Assembly: GCA_964016885.1 (NCBI GenBank)
Contig: OZ024740.1
Span: forward strand, 149,482,001-149,546,000
Direction: 5' to 3'
Length of the DNA stretch: 64,000 nt
Source: Eledone cirrhosa
Lineage: Eukaryota
Numbering within the stretch: the stretch's first letter is position 1; each line of letters starts with the position of its first letter. The position numbers were made by a program, and so were the translations under genes. Shown here piece after piece: positions 12,951 to 23,974 of the stretch. A model generated the notes under the pieces. The model was not told where the DNA came from. It searched no databases and saw nothing but the letters and a program-made list of their open reading frames with translations.

Positions 12951-14569
12951 ACTGTTACAGCCGTCTCGGAGACAGGTGTAATAGTAAAACGTTAATTTGA
13001 AGGGTAGATAGTTGATAGGTTTGGTTAGAAATTTAAAGATGACATTTGTTTTTCCTCTGAATTTTTTAATGTTTTAACCATAAATTACTCGATTTCTGTC
13101 TCTCTTCCACCCGAGAACTTAACACCTGTCTCACTGACGAGTGTAATTATAAGAATTTACCCAATATTATTTCCGTGTTGATGTAAGCTTTTCGTCTTGT
13201 GCAGCGATTTTCTTCTATACAAAGCGATGTAGGAGCGAAGGAAAATACTGGATTGCTACTCCACGGGTTCTTGAGTTCGAATTCATATCTTGATGTCTTT
13301 CTGAGCAGCCCATTTAATTTTACATTGCCTCAATGTGCGTAATTGAAGACAATATGAATATGATTTCTTCGGGAAAATTATGAACGGTAGGTTAGTGTAT
13401 TCTCCGGCGGGAAAGTTATCTCTTCTCCGCTAAACGCCTTGGAATAAACCAAGCTGAACACCTGGGAATAATCTGTGTCTGATGCTCTACCATTTCACTA
13501 CTTTCTGACATAGACATAAGGCCAGAAATATGGGGCAGAAGAAAGTCGATTATATCGACCCCCAGTACTTGATAAGTACTTTATTTAAACTGCGATAGGT
13601 TTACAACACAATGTAATTCTCCAGAAAAATACAGCTACCTATTCGTCCGACGCTCTAACAACTCTGCCAATCCACCGTCGTAATGTACTTGACTGCTTGT
13701 TAATTTTATCGACTCCAAGATGATGAAAGGCAACGTTGACGTCGGTGAGATTTGAACTCTTAACATAAAGAGCCGGAGCAAATGTCGCATTTTGTCTGAC
13801 GCCCTAACGATTCTAAAATTCCACCCCTTCTATAAAGATTCTCACAACCCCCACCACTGCACTTAATAATAATAATTGTTAAACGGAAGATTCTTTGTTA
13901 CCAAAAAGATTACTTCATTCTCTGAGGTGAGTCATAATTTCGTTTTAATGTCATTTCGCTTAACAGCTGAATTTTTTTTATAGGATTCAATTTTAATATT
14001 TTTCTTTTATGCGTTTTTATTCATTTTGGTGTAGAATTATTTCTTTTCTTTTACATTTTTTTTTTGTTGAGTTATTTTTTTCTTGCTCATTTTTGTTATT
14101 TCACTTTTTAGTCTGTTGTTTAAAATGGAATGGTGTGATGTATAAGATCGTGTAAAATCTTTTGGTCTTCATTGTTACGTTTTTTTTTTTAGGTAAAAGC
14201 GTGTTATTCTAGAAATAATAATATCAAACAACTGACGACAAAAGCTGGCCCCCGGCAAAAGTTCTGCAAAAAATGTTTCCTACAATTTGACAAAGAATTG
14301 GTAAAGTTGCTCTGTATCATGAAGAAACATTTGAGGTTTTCTCATTAAAATATTTAACTGCCATTGCAGACAACAGGTGATATAGGGGACGTAAGCAATA
14401 GACACTAATTAACTACAATAAACTGTATCAATTGCTGATAAAAAAAAAACACAATTAAAATATCAACAAGGTTCAAAACATGGAATATATATAATTCTAA
14501 ATCTTAGAGAATTATCAACACTGAAATTATCAAAACGGAACTTAGCAGATTGAATCAAAGTTTACTTAC

Positions 14570-14825
14570 AAGGTAAAATAAATTCCCTTACTGATAAAAG
14601 ACTTTCAGAAAACAGCCACCAGCATCCAGTGAATATTCTGTTAGCTCCTAGTGGAATGTATTCTCGATAACAAACTTCCCAAAGTCCAATACGACTTGGT
14701 TTGTCACCATTTTGGTCAATCCAATGTGATGTTGAAAATCCAATTATCAGAAAAAGTATTGCAACAAAACAAAATACAATACCCGAAAAATAAAATCTTC
14801 GTTTGGGGTCTTTAATTAATACCAT
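14570..14825 (-). CDS. First coding exon of a second claudin/PMP22-family paralog or isoform: TM1 plus extracellular loop 1
   Basis: ATG, TM1, then FSTSHWID...GLWEVCY...TGCWWLFSE. 256 nt = 85 codons + 1, ending at a T|GTAAGT donor. Confidence 0.88.
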
Positions 14826-16856
14826 AGTTAAAATTAGAATGAACCTAAACGATGATGTACAGCTGATGTTACTATTATTATTATTTTTTTTTTTCGATCA
14901 GGTTAAATTACAAGTTTATAAATATAAGATTTGTTTGTTCACGCTGCAAATAATCCAAAGGTTCCCGTCGATTTTGAATTCACAATTATCATAAACAAAT
15001 GAATCTAGAAACATTGCAGATAAGATAAAAGAAAACACGTCTTCATATTGTTTACTTTCGTCTATGTTTAGAGTAGAGAGTTATGGATGTAGTTTCTTCC
15101 CCTTGTCGCCAACCGGAAGACAGGTAAACATAATTGTTTCTGATTTCGTCACAAGGCCAATCATTTTTGGGTGAAATGAAAGTCGATTAAATCGACCTCA
15201 ATGCATTATTCGTACTTTATTTTATTGACTCTGTAAGGATGAAAGGCAAAGCTAACATCGGTGGTATTTGAACTCCTGTCGCTAAGCATGCTGTCCAACG
15301 TTCTATCGATTCTGCCAGATCACTGCCTTAAGACAGGTAAATATATAATTGTTTCTACTTTAGGCACAAGGCCAGCAATTATCCAGTGCATTACTGGTTA
15401 AATATATAATGACAGTTGATTAGAACGAAATATATATACAGATACTTCTAATTACTTTGGTGGACATAATGTTTTAATCATCATAAGATTGATAGTAGTT
15501 ATAGCTCAATTTTCAAAATAAAGGGAGGCTCCTACACCTCTTGTGGTGTATGACCGGTTGACACACTTAGTGTTGACTTAATACTTTCGTTTTGATTCTA
15601 TATTTTACATGTGAAATATTCATGTGATTAAGTGATATATATGTGCATGTATTGAATTTTGACAGATATGGCATTTATGTTTGTAATTTAAGCTATCTAT
15701 ATGAGCAGCATATTTCTTTGTATATAGTTTATTTCGATATAATAAAATCATTTTCTAAATGGAGTCCTACACAACAAGAATTCAAGTTCAGTGAAACGGT
15801 GCAAACAAACCTTCTAATTTGCCCATTAATGAATTGTCTATTGTTGATTGGATAGGTAGAGAAATAACACTAAGAACACGCAAGATCGCGTAGAATAGTG
15901 AAAAGATTTAATATAAGAAACGAAATAATTTAGTAATATATAATACGCTTGTCTATTTGTCCGTCACAAGAGATGACTGAGGAAGTAAGGGATGATTACA
16001 AACTGAGAAAGGAAGGGGGTGATAACGTCGACTTAGGAAGGAAAGAGTGGCAGCGTCCAATATTCGCTACATCTGTGTATCTATATGTATACCGAATTGG
16101 CTACATACACCGGCTGTTATGATTATGTGTGTTTTTGTGTTTGTGTAAATTATATTTATATATAATATTTGTGTGAGTGTATATGTGTTTGTGTTTATTT
16201 AGAAAGATACATAGACAATAGAATTACAAACACACACGAATCTACACATACATATAAGCAGACACACATAGAAAAAATAATTATTACATACATACACATC
16301 TATGTGATGACTGAGGAAGGAGGCGGGTAAGAAACTATAGAAGTCCAGCGTTCTAGGATTCGTCACAGCTGTGTGTGTATGTTTGTATCCCTTGTGTGAA
16401 CTAGCGCGAAGGAACCAACCAACCTACAAACAAACAAGCATCTCTTTTTTTTATATATCATATATGCATATTACAATTAGTCGTCATAAATTTGAGCGAC
16501 TTTCGTCCGTCACACAATGTGTGTGTGTTTGTGTGAATGTATGTAAAAGGAAAGAAGGGGATGGGGGAAAAACTATAGCGAAACAGCGCATGGCGTTCTA
16601 TTTGCTACGTTGTGTGTATGTGTGTGTTTGTGTGAATGTATGTCTGTGAGTGTTTAGTTTTGTAAGTATCTCTGTGTTGCCTGTTTATATATATTTACTC
16701 ATACATGTGAATGTATGCCTATCTACGCACGCACGCACGCACGCATGCGCGCGCGCGTAAGCGTGTTTTAAAAAATCGTAGTAATGAAACTTATAAAAAA
16801 AATATTCGAACGAATTTTATACAAAATTCATATAAGTAGAATTGTTTATAATAAAT

Positions 16857-16891
<35 letters not shown>

Positions 16892-16937
16892 TGGAAAATG
16901 TGTGAAATCCTTGGTACAGTTAGGTATATTTGAACAC

Positions 16938-17051
16938 AGGAAAAGAATGACTTCACTTGTAGTTTTAAAGAATTTGATTTAATTTTATAATATTATGATT
17001 ATAAAATTAAATCAAATTGTTTAAAACTACAAGTGAAGTCATTCTTTTCCT
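16938..17051. repeat. 54-bp-arm palindrome (6-nt loop, one mismatch)
   Basis: aggaaaagaatgacttcacttgtag...ttataat ATTATG attataa...ctacaagtgaagtcattcttttcct. Confidence 0.9.
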
Positions 17052-17284
17052 TTTTTTATATATATATAAACAGCGATACTGCGTTTTACGACTTAATTCA
17101 TTCCAGAAGGCCGTTCGTCAACTGAAACGTTCGTAGGATTAAAACGCTTCCATCGGAAATTTTTTTTCGTAAGCGTGAAAAAGCTTCGCATTCAACTATT
17201 CCACAAATCTAAACTCTCCCATTGTTTTAAATATTTGCTCAACGTGAACAATAATTTCACCAAAAATGTTGTTAAACAGAGTTC

Positions 17285-17611
17285 TTAAAACAGCTTCTGG
17301 TTCTTGATATCGACCACTCTTCTGTGGTTCAGCAACACCATCAGAAATCGGTAGTAAAATTCCTCAAACTTGTTCCTGATATCAACCAATTGTTTCTGGA
17401 AGTCATGAATGCACCTCGAAATATCAAGCGAACTTTTTTGAAGAATTGAAAACAGAATTTCTGAGCCACTCAATATGGTTTCAAAAACTATTAATAAAAA
17501 TGTAAACTGAAAATCTTGTAGGATTGCAACGAATCCCCTTGTTTGTACACATTCTGAAGCATTCCAATCCTCTGGATTTTCTAATATCATTGAAAATAAC
17601 TCAGAAAACAT
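17285..17611 (-). mobile_element. hAT (ZMYM1-like) transposase fragment
   Basis: FQFTFLLIVFETIL...LFSILQKSSLDISRC resembles the hAT core helical region. Confidence 0.6.
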
Positions 17612-17729
17612 TAAATTTAAATAAATAAGTGCGAGTTTACTTTTTTACGTAACTTTTTAAAAAATAATTTGATGTTTTAGAATTAAATTTTAAAGCATTG
17701 GAATGAATAAATGGATGAACACTTTTTAA

Positions 17730-18475
17730 TCATGAAAATTGTGATCGATATCGCGAGCACGGACGAGGGCGGCTTGGATAAGGGTAGGAGGTGTCCACGT
17801 CTAGTGAAAAGTCTGGACATCTAATGAGACTTAATCTAAAAATAATGGGTTCGATTATCCAGGCAAGGTAGACGGAGGAATAGGGGATGGAGTTTTTGAG
17901 TGGGTGAGGAGAAGTCGATGTAGACGTGGGAGTACGAGGGCTTGAAATAGGCGGAGGTGAAGAGGGAGCGATTGGAGGGGTCAATGGTTACAGAGATGTC
18001 CAGGAAGTTAACAGAAGTGGAGATAGAGATGGTGAAATGGAGGGCGGGTGGAAGGAGCAGAGAAAGGACAAAAAGGAGTAGAGCTGGGCTCGGGTGAGGG
18101 ACGTGGGCCCCAAACAGTCGTCAATATACCGACCGTACATCTCAGTGGTTGGGCCAGAGTATTGTGAAAATATCTGAGCCTCAACGTAGCCGACAAATAA
18201 GTTGGCGTAGCTGGGGCCTATTCTTGTACCCATGGCCACCCCCATCATCTGTTGGTAAATTTCACCCAAGAAGGAAAAGCAGTTGAGGGAGAGGACCAAC
18301 TCGGCTAAGCGAATAAGAGTAGAGGTGGAAGATGGACGGGAGGGGCTAAGGTTAAGGAAGTGTTACAGGGCCAGGAGACCTTCGGTATGGGGGATACACA
18401 GTGTATAGGAATTTGATGTCGAGGGTGAAGAGTAGTGGTGGGGTGAAGATGGAGTCGAAGAAGCGGAGATAGAAT
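17730..18475 (-). mobile_element. Penelope-like RT internal fragment (degraded)
   Basis: LFTLDI, YQQMMGVAMGTRIGPSYANLFVG, RYIDD and KNSIPYS motifs with frameshifts and deletions. Confidence 0.85.
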
Positions 18476-18543
18476 TAGTATTTCAGTAATTCTGATTCTT
18501 TTTTGTGGAAAAATTATAAAGTCAAGGTTGATTATTTAGATAC

Positions 18544-20978
18544 TGTAGCAAGAGTTGCCTCCCTTATGACAATCACATCACCGCTCTCTAGACAGGAAGT
18601 AGCTGGAGTTACTTCCCGTTGGGGTGGCAGAACCCTTTTTGTCACTTCCCCCCTGAGACCCTATAAAAGGGATACTCAGAGCGATCTCACTCTCATTTGC
18701 CCTCTTCTAACCTGCCTGGCCCTTCGGCCAGGCGCGTTCGCCTGGCAACCCTAACATGGTCTCTTGTGAGCTAACTTCAAAACGGTAACAAATAACTTTA
18801 CTTCATTCTTTCATCTACTCAGACATGTCAACTATACTATTCTACATAACTTCAACTTGTTAATTAAACTTTATACACACAACTGAGACTTTTGTTATAT
18901 TCATACACACCAGTATTTTGTTATAAGTGGTGACCCCGAGAAAAAAATGATAGGATCTGGTGTTGTGTGAATATATATAAAAAAATTAATTAGCAGTACC
19001 CCATTTTCGTTGGAAGGTGTCGACCAACATTTCGAATACGCAGCAAACTTTATTAACAAATTAGGAAAAATACGCAGACACAGAAACGAACACACGCACA
19101 TGTGAAATTCTCGTTCAGACAGACTCTTCTTCTCTCACCTAACGTGATTTTTTTTTTTTTCGTACTAAGAAATCCCTCCGACCTCCTTAGACAAGGATTT
19201 CTCTCCGCATATACTGTCTTATAACGAACACATCAAAAAAGGAAAAAAAAAGAAATTTTTTCTCAGCAAGCAAAATAAACAGAAAATGTTGCCTTTCACG
19301 CACGTGTCGTACATCAACTATGTGTCGCATTTCACTGGATGTATGTATATGTTTTTCGTTTCTTCTTACAACGAACACTTTAAAAAAAAAAAAGAAATTT
19401 GATTTTTTTTCTTTTACACATTTCAACATGAACATTTATTTTCGCTGAATCTTAACTATTGCTTACTCTTTCCGCCAAGCTTTTTTCAGCGTTCACAAAA
19501 AAGTTGAACTCGCCATATTTGTTATACCAAGTGAAACCTTTCTTTCTTTTTCATCATATCACGTTCACACACAAATTGTTCAAAATGGCTGCCAACGACC
19601 TGTTGCACTATCATTTTCTCGCGCAATAGAAATATTTTTTTTACAACTTGACTTTAACCTTGTTTCGGCACGTGTGGGGAGCACACATCTCGACTCCCTG
19701 AGATAACACACGCCATAGATAATTGTTTCTACTTTTGGCACAAGGCCAGCAATTATCCAGTGCATTACTGGTACTTTATTTTATCGACCCCGGAAGGATG
19801 AAAGGCAAAGTTAACCTCGGCGGGATTTGAACTCAGATCATACAGAGAGGTAACTCTATGCTTCAAAGCATGGCATCCGACCCTGTTTCTTGACAAGGAT
19901 TCTCCAGCCTTAAGCTATATTCTCCTATTTGCCGGTTTAAAAATTTACATCGTAAATTTGCCGTTGAAAACTGCGCATTTATTCAGAATGCTTATTTCTT
20001 TGGTCGCTGCCTCTTGACCCTTCCAGGTCAACGCATTCTCAACATCGACCATCAACTGTGACTGTTATTTCTAGCACTTTGCGCAACTCATTTTTTCTGG
20101 GAAAGATTTCACTGTGAACGGAAACAACATCGAATACGCTCACTCCGCAACCAAAACCAGCAGAACAAAACAGAATTTATTTTTGCAGCACTCTTCCTGT
20201 GAGAAAATCCCACCGATTTTCACGTTGTACCACAGTCTACAGACCAACTGCATACATTCTCTGGAGAACACACTTTCTTTCCTGCTGTCATGAGATTGCA
20301 CACCTGTGAACTGTATTTTGAACATTTGAACTTTGACCTCTTCTTTTAGTTTGATTACATTGTATCTTTGGGTGATAGATAGATAGATGTCCAGTCGTTC
20401 TCTGGCCAAGAGCGGTTGGCTACCTTGATATCTATCATTGATTTTTGCATGCATATATTTTGCTGTTTTCCTTTTATTGCAAACATTATTTTTTTCGTAA
20501 TTTTCATGCCTGGACGTTGGTGTTACATACTCGCCATCTTACTCCATACATGGTTCATTCGATTTTTATATTTTAAAAATCTGGCGGAAGATAATGTAGC
20601 AAGAGTTGCCTCCCTTATGACAATCACATCACCGCTCTCTAGACAGGAAGTAGCTGGAGTTACTTCCCGTTAGGGTGGCAGAACCCTTTTTGTCACTTCC
20701 GTCCTGAGACCCTATAAAAGGGATACTCAGAGCGATCTCACTCTCATTTGCCCTCTTCTAACCTGCCTGGCCCTTCGGCCAGGCGCGTTCGCCTGGCAAC
20801 CCTAATATGGTCTCTTGCGAGCTAACTTCAAAACGGTAACAAATAACTTTACTTCATTCTTTCATCTACTCATGGACATGTCAACTATACTATTCTACAT
20901 AACTTCAACTTGTTAATGAAATTTTATACACACAACTGAGACTTTTGTTATATTCATACACACCAGTATTTTGTTATA
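18544..20978 (+). mobile_element. Complete non-autonomous LTR retrotransposon (Gypsy-like, TRIM/LARD type)
   Basis: Direct LTRs at 18544-18925 and 20595-20978 with few differences (TG...TA ends, TATAAAA box). 4-bp TSD ATAC at 18540-43 and 20979-82. PBS TGGTGACCCCGA at 18928-39 matches the tRNA-Trp 3' end. Weak PPT. Interior is non-coding and carries a SINE at ~19720-19890. Confidence 0.92.
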
Positions 20979-21546
20979 ATACTTTTAGAAACAATCACCA
21001 CCCCGGTCAACTCTAAGGTCATCATTCAAACCAATTCCAGCTAGCAGTATAGACATTTTTGAAAGTGACTATCATCACAACAGATTGCTACCACACCTAT
21101 CCCCTGTCTCCTGCTTCTTCTCCCTCTCACCACTTCTCCCTCTCCGTCCCCTCTCCCCCAACTACTACTAGCCAAAATCAGCAGTCACCCCCCCCCCCCC
21201 CAAAAAAAAAAACTACTACTTCTGTTAGCTAACTAACAGAGAACAAGCAACAACCACAGACAGAGATATGAACTCTCCTCTCTAAATATATATGTAAAAA
21301 GTAATAAATTTTCTTCCCCTTTTTATTATTTTTATAAATACGCAACTTAACTGCATTATGCACATCCGCAGTTGAAAAAGCATATAATGGTGAAACCGGT
21401 GCCATTATTAAATGTTTTGATATTATATTGAAAGAATCTCTCCAGCATCTTCTACTGAATTTTTTTTCCTTTTTACTATTTGTTTATATGTGTATGTATA
21501 TATATATAAATATATATATACGCATATATACACATACATATGTATA

Positions 21547-22155
21547 TGGTGGCTGCCAACTCGTTTTTGAGTACGGCCACTACTTTATATCCATGTAGGA
21601 GAACCCCTACCGAGGCGCTGAACGAGTGTGACTTTTTAGTCCAGCCAGCGACTTGAAAACTCTGGTACAAACACTACACTTGTGAAATTATTGACACATA
21701 GTGCTGGGCCCATGGTACCATGTGACGACAAGGGCAGAGAGATCTCCAGATATAAAGCAATGCCTGTGCCGTGAAGCTTTTATAGTGAGCAAAGGCACTG
21801 CACAAAGCCAGCCCCACTCTCTTAACCAAGATGATATTTACCAAAAAGAAGAACAAGTCAACATCATTGGATACCATCAGGGTTGCAGGTGTTATATCAG
21901 AGTTTGCCTTCTCCTAGAATTCTGCCTTGACAAAGGCTAAGGGGTCATCTCTCCCGGTGATTTTGGAAGGCCATTGACTCTTAAGAGCTCCTTTGCTCTT
22001 TGATAGGTTTTGTTTTTAGTCCTGCAGGATGTCCAAAGTCACCCTCCTCACCAAGAAACCTTGGTGGGGTTGCCAGTTTAGTCGCCAACGACCCGACCAT
22101 GAGACAGGTTGTACTGGGGTACATGTTACCAGTAGCACCAACTGGTGACCTGACA
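21547..22155 (-). mobile_element. ~600-bp non-coding retroposon with RTE-like 5' UTR (copies at 27553-28072, 41788-42335 and, on +, 29180-29315)
   Basis: Near-identical copy at 41788. Contains ctaggagaaggcaaactctgat, which resembles RTE 5' UTRs. Copies are bounded by (CATA)n/(TA)n. Confidence 0.6.
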
Positions 22156-22210
22156 TATGTATATACATACATACATACATACACACGAGCAACGTCGGGT
22201 ACCTCTGCTA

Positions 22211-22244
<34 letters not shown>

Positions 22245-22440
22245 TATGTGTGTGTGTGTGTAAATGTATATGTATATATGTGTGTAATTTATATTCCTGC
22301 TCTGTAAAACACCTGATTGAGCTATTTCTCTTACTGGTAATAAGGTTAATAAGGTAGTAATAAATTACTGACCTTTCCTTTTTATAGTTGTTTATAGTAT
22401 ATACATAACTATAAATAGTATCATTATTATTAACTATACA

Positions 22441-22612
22441 GGGCGGTGGATTGGCAGTACCGGTAGAGAGTCGGACACCAAGCATAGAGTTACGTCCCTT
22501 TATGATCTGAGTTCAAATCCCGCCGGGGTTCACTCTGCCTTTCATCCTTACGGGGCCAATGAAATAAAGTACCAGTAATGTACTTGTGCCTAAAATAGAA
22601 ACAATTATTATT
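22441..22612 (+). mobile_element. tRNA-derived SINE with Nin/Deu-like core (family also at ~13510-13830, 15130-15400, 19720-19890, 28890-29080, 30735-30925, 41643-41740, 46873-47056, 49140-49325)
   Basis: A-box/B-box head (TGGCAGTACCGG ... GAGTTCAAATCC), GCCTTTCATCCTTACGGGG core and (ATT)n tail. The 46873 copy has a ~16-bp TSD tttcaataaatttaat. Confidence 0.85.
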
Positions 22613-22614
22613 AA

Positions 22615-22866
22615 ATATATATATATATAAACATGCACAAATATATATATATGTGTATGTGTCTAAATGTATATATATGTATAAAGATACACACACATAT
22701 ATATGTGTGTGTATATATGCATATATATATATATATATATATATGTGCATATATACACACACAGGTACATACACACATATATGTGCGTGTATCTTTATAC
22801 ATATATATACATTTAGACACATACACATATATATATGTGTGCATGTTTATATATATATATATATAT
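22615..22866. repeat. Imperfect palindrome built from compound TA/CA microsatellite
   Basis: aaacatgcac...gtgtctaaatg...ataaagatacac mirrors gtgtatctttat...catttagacac...gtgcatgttt; both strands translate similarly (MCMCLNVYICIKIH). Confidence 0.85.
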
Positions 22867-22869
22867 CAC

Positions 22870-23200
22870 ATAAGAAACGGAGAATCAGTGGTGCGACGAA
22901 TTAGAATTTATTAGACATATTACAATCATTTCTCTGGCGACCAGCTCGAGGCACGATCGATGCGATGATCGAACCTGACTCTGAAATCGCAAGTTCCAAA
23001 ATCTGAAGAACTTGCGATTTCAGAGTCAGGTTCGATCATCGCATCGATCGTGCCTCGAGCTGGTCGCCAGAGAAATGATTGTAATATGTCTAATAAATTC
23101 TAATTCGTCGCACCACTGATTCTCCGTTTCTTATACTCTGCTCGGTAAGAGCATCGAGTGCTCAAACGGCCTACCGCATACAGACGCTTTAAGCAGCCCA
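22870..23200 (+). mobile_element. Inverted pair of PLE-terminus-like sequences (127-bp arms, 11-nt spacer) with hammerhead-like motif at ~23000-23088
   Basis: 22870-22996 is the reverse complement of 23008-23134. The right copy has CTGAAGA (23003-09), GAAATGATTGTA (23072-83) and AATAAA (23092-97). Flanked by (TA)n. Confidence 0.7.
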
Positions 23201-23203
23201 CTC

Positions 23204-23237
<34 letters not shown>

Positions 23238-23766
23238 ATACATACCATATTTTCGGGCATAGAAACTGCACACCAAGTTTTAATTGCTAATCATTCTAAA
23301 AATCGATACCTGTAGTAGTAATTTGAATTTTTGTTCCGATGTCAACAACGTAGGTCATTGTGACCACGTTGTTGACCTCTGGGTATGTATGATCATTTTC
23401 TTTTGTTTCAAGATCTGGCATCACCCAGGTTATCAATGATTAACTAACTTTCTATCGAAGCCGTCAACCCTATTTGTAAGGGGGCCATGTTTCTGCTCCA
23501 TACAGGAGTACGGAGAAGACCGACACATTGTAGATACGTAGCTTCGTCTTCCGGAAGATAGAACAGTGACGCCAAAGGAGCTTCCATAGGGAGTGCGTGA
23601 CACCGGCGGCCAGACTACATCAGCAGTTGATCTCCGAGTTCAGGTCTCCATTGTCAGTGACTATCAGTCCAGGTATATATTGTCTTTATTTGTTAATTTT
23701 TCATTCGCACCGTTTCCTTTCGCTATATGTCTCTCCACCACTCCCCTACACACCTTTTGAACTCTC

Positions 23767-23798
23767 ACCTGAAGAAGGGCTTATGCCCGAAACGTCGT
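23767..23798 (+). ncRNA. Minimal hammerhead motif at a PLE 3' end (stem I weak, possibly inactive)
   Basis: AC-CTGAAGA-A-GGGC(TTAT)GCCC-GAAAC-GTC-GT, followed by AATAAA (~23835) and (TA)n at ~23888. Confidence 0.65.
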
Positions 23799-23884
23799 CC
23801 CCCACCTACCCCCCACTCTCCTGAGCGTGAATTTAATAAACATTTATCGTACTGCCTCTCTGTTCTGTCCCTGTTCAATTTTTC

Positions 23885-23926
<42 letters not shown>

Positions 23927-23974
23927 AGGGAAATAACTCGAGATTTTTAGGTCTATCTAAAATCATTAAAATCA

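Noticed and set aside
15975-16345. CTGAGGA...AAAC motifs at ~15977 and ~16311 resembling hammerhead cores
   Set aside because: The first lacks the G of GAAA and the second has no stem II; stem I is unconvincing.
22070-22150. HDV-like ribozyme on the minus strand (CCAGT/ACTGG, GG, hairpin, CTAA)
   Set aside because: P1 and P3/L3 cannot be formed properly, and the putative P2 is not preserved in the other copies.
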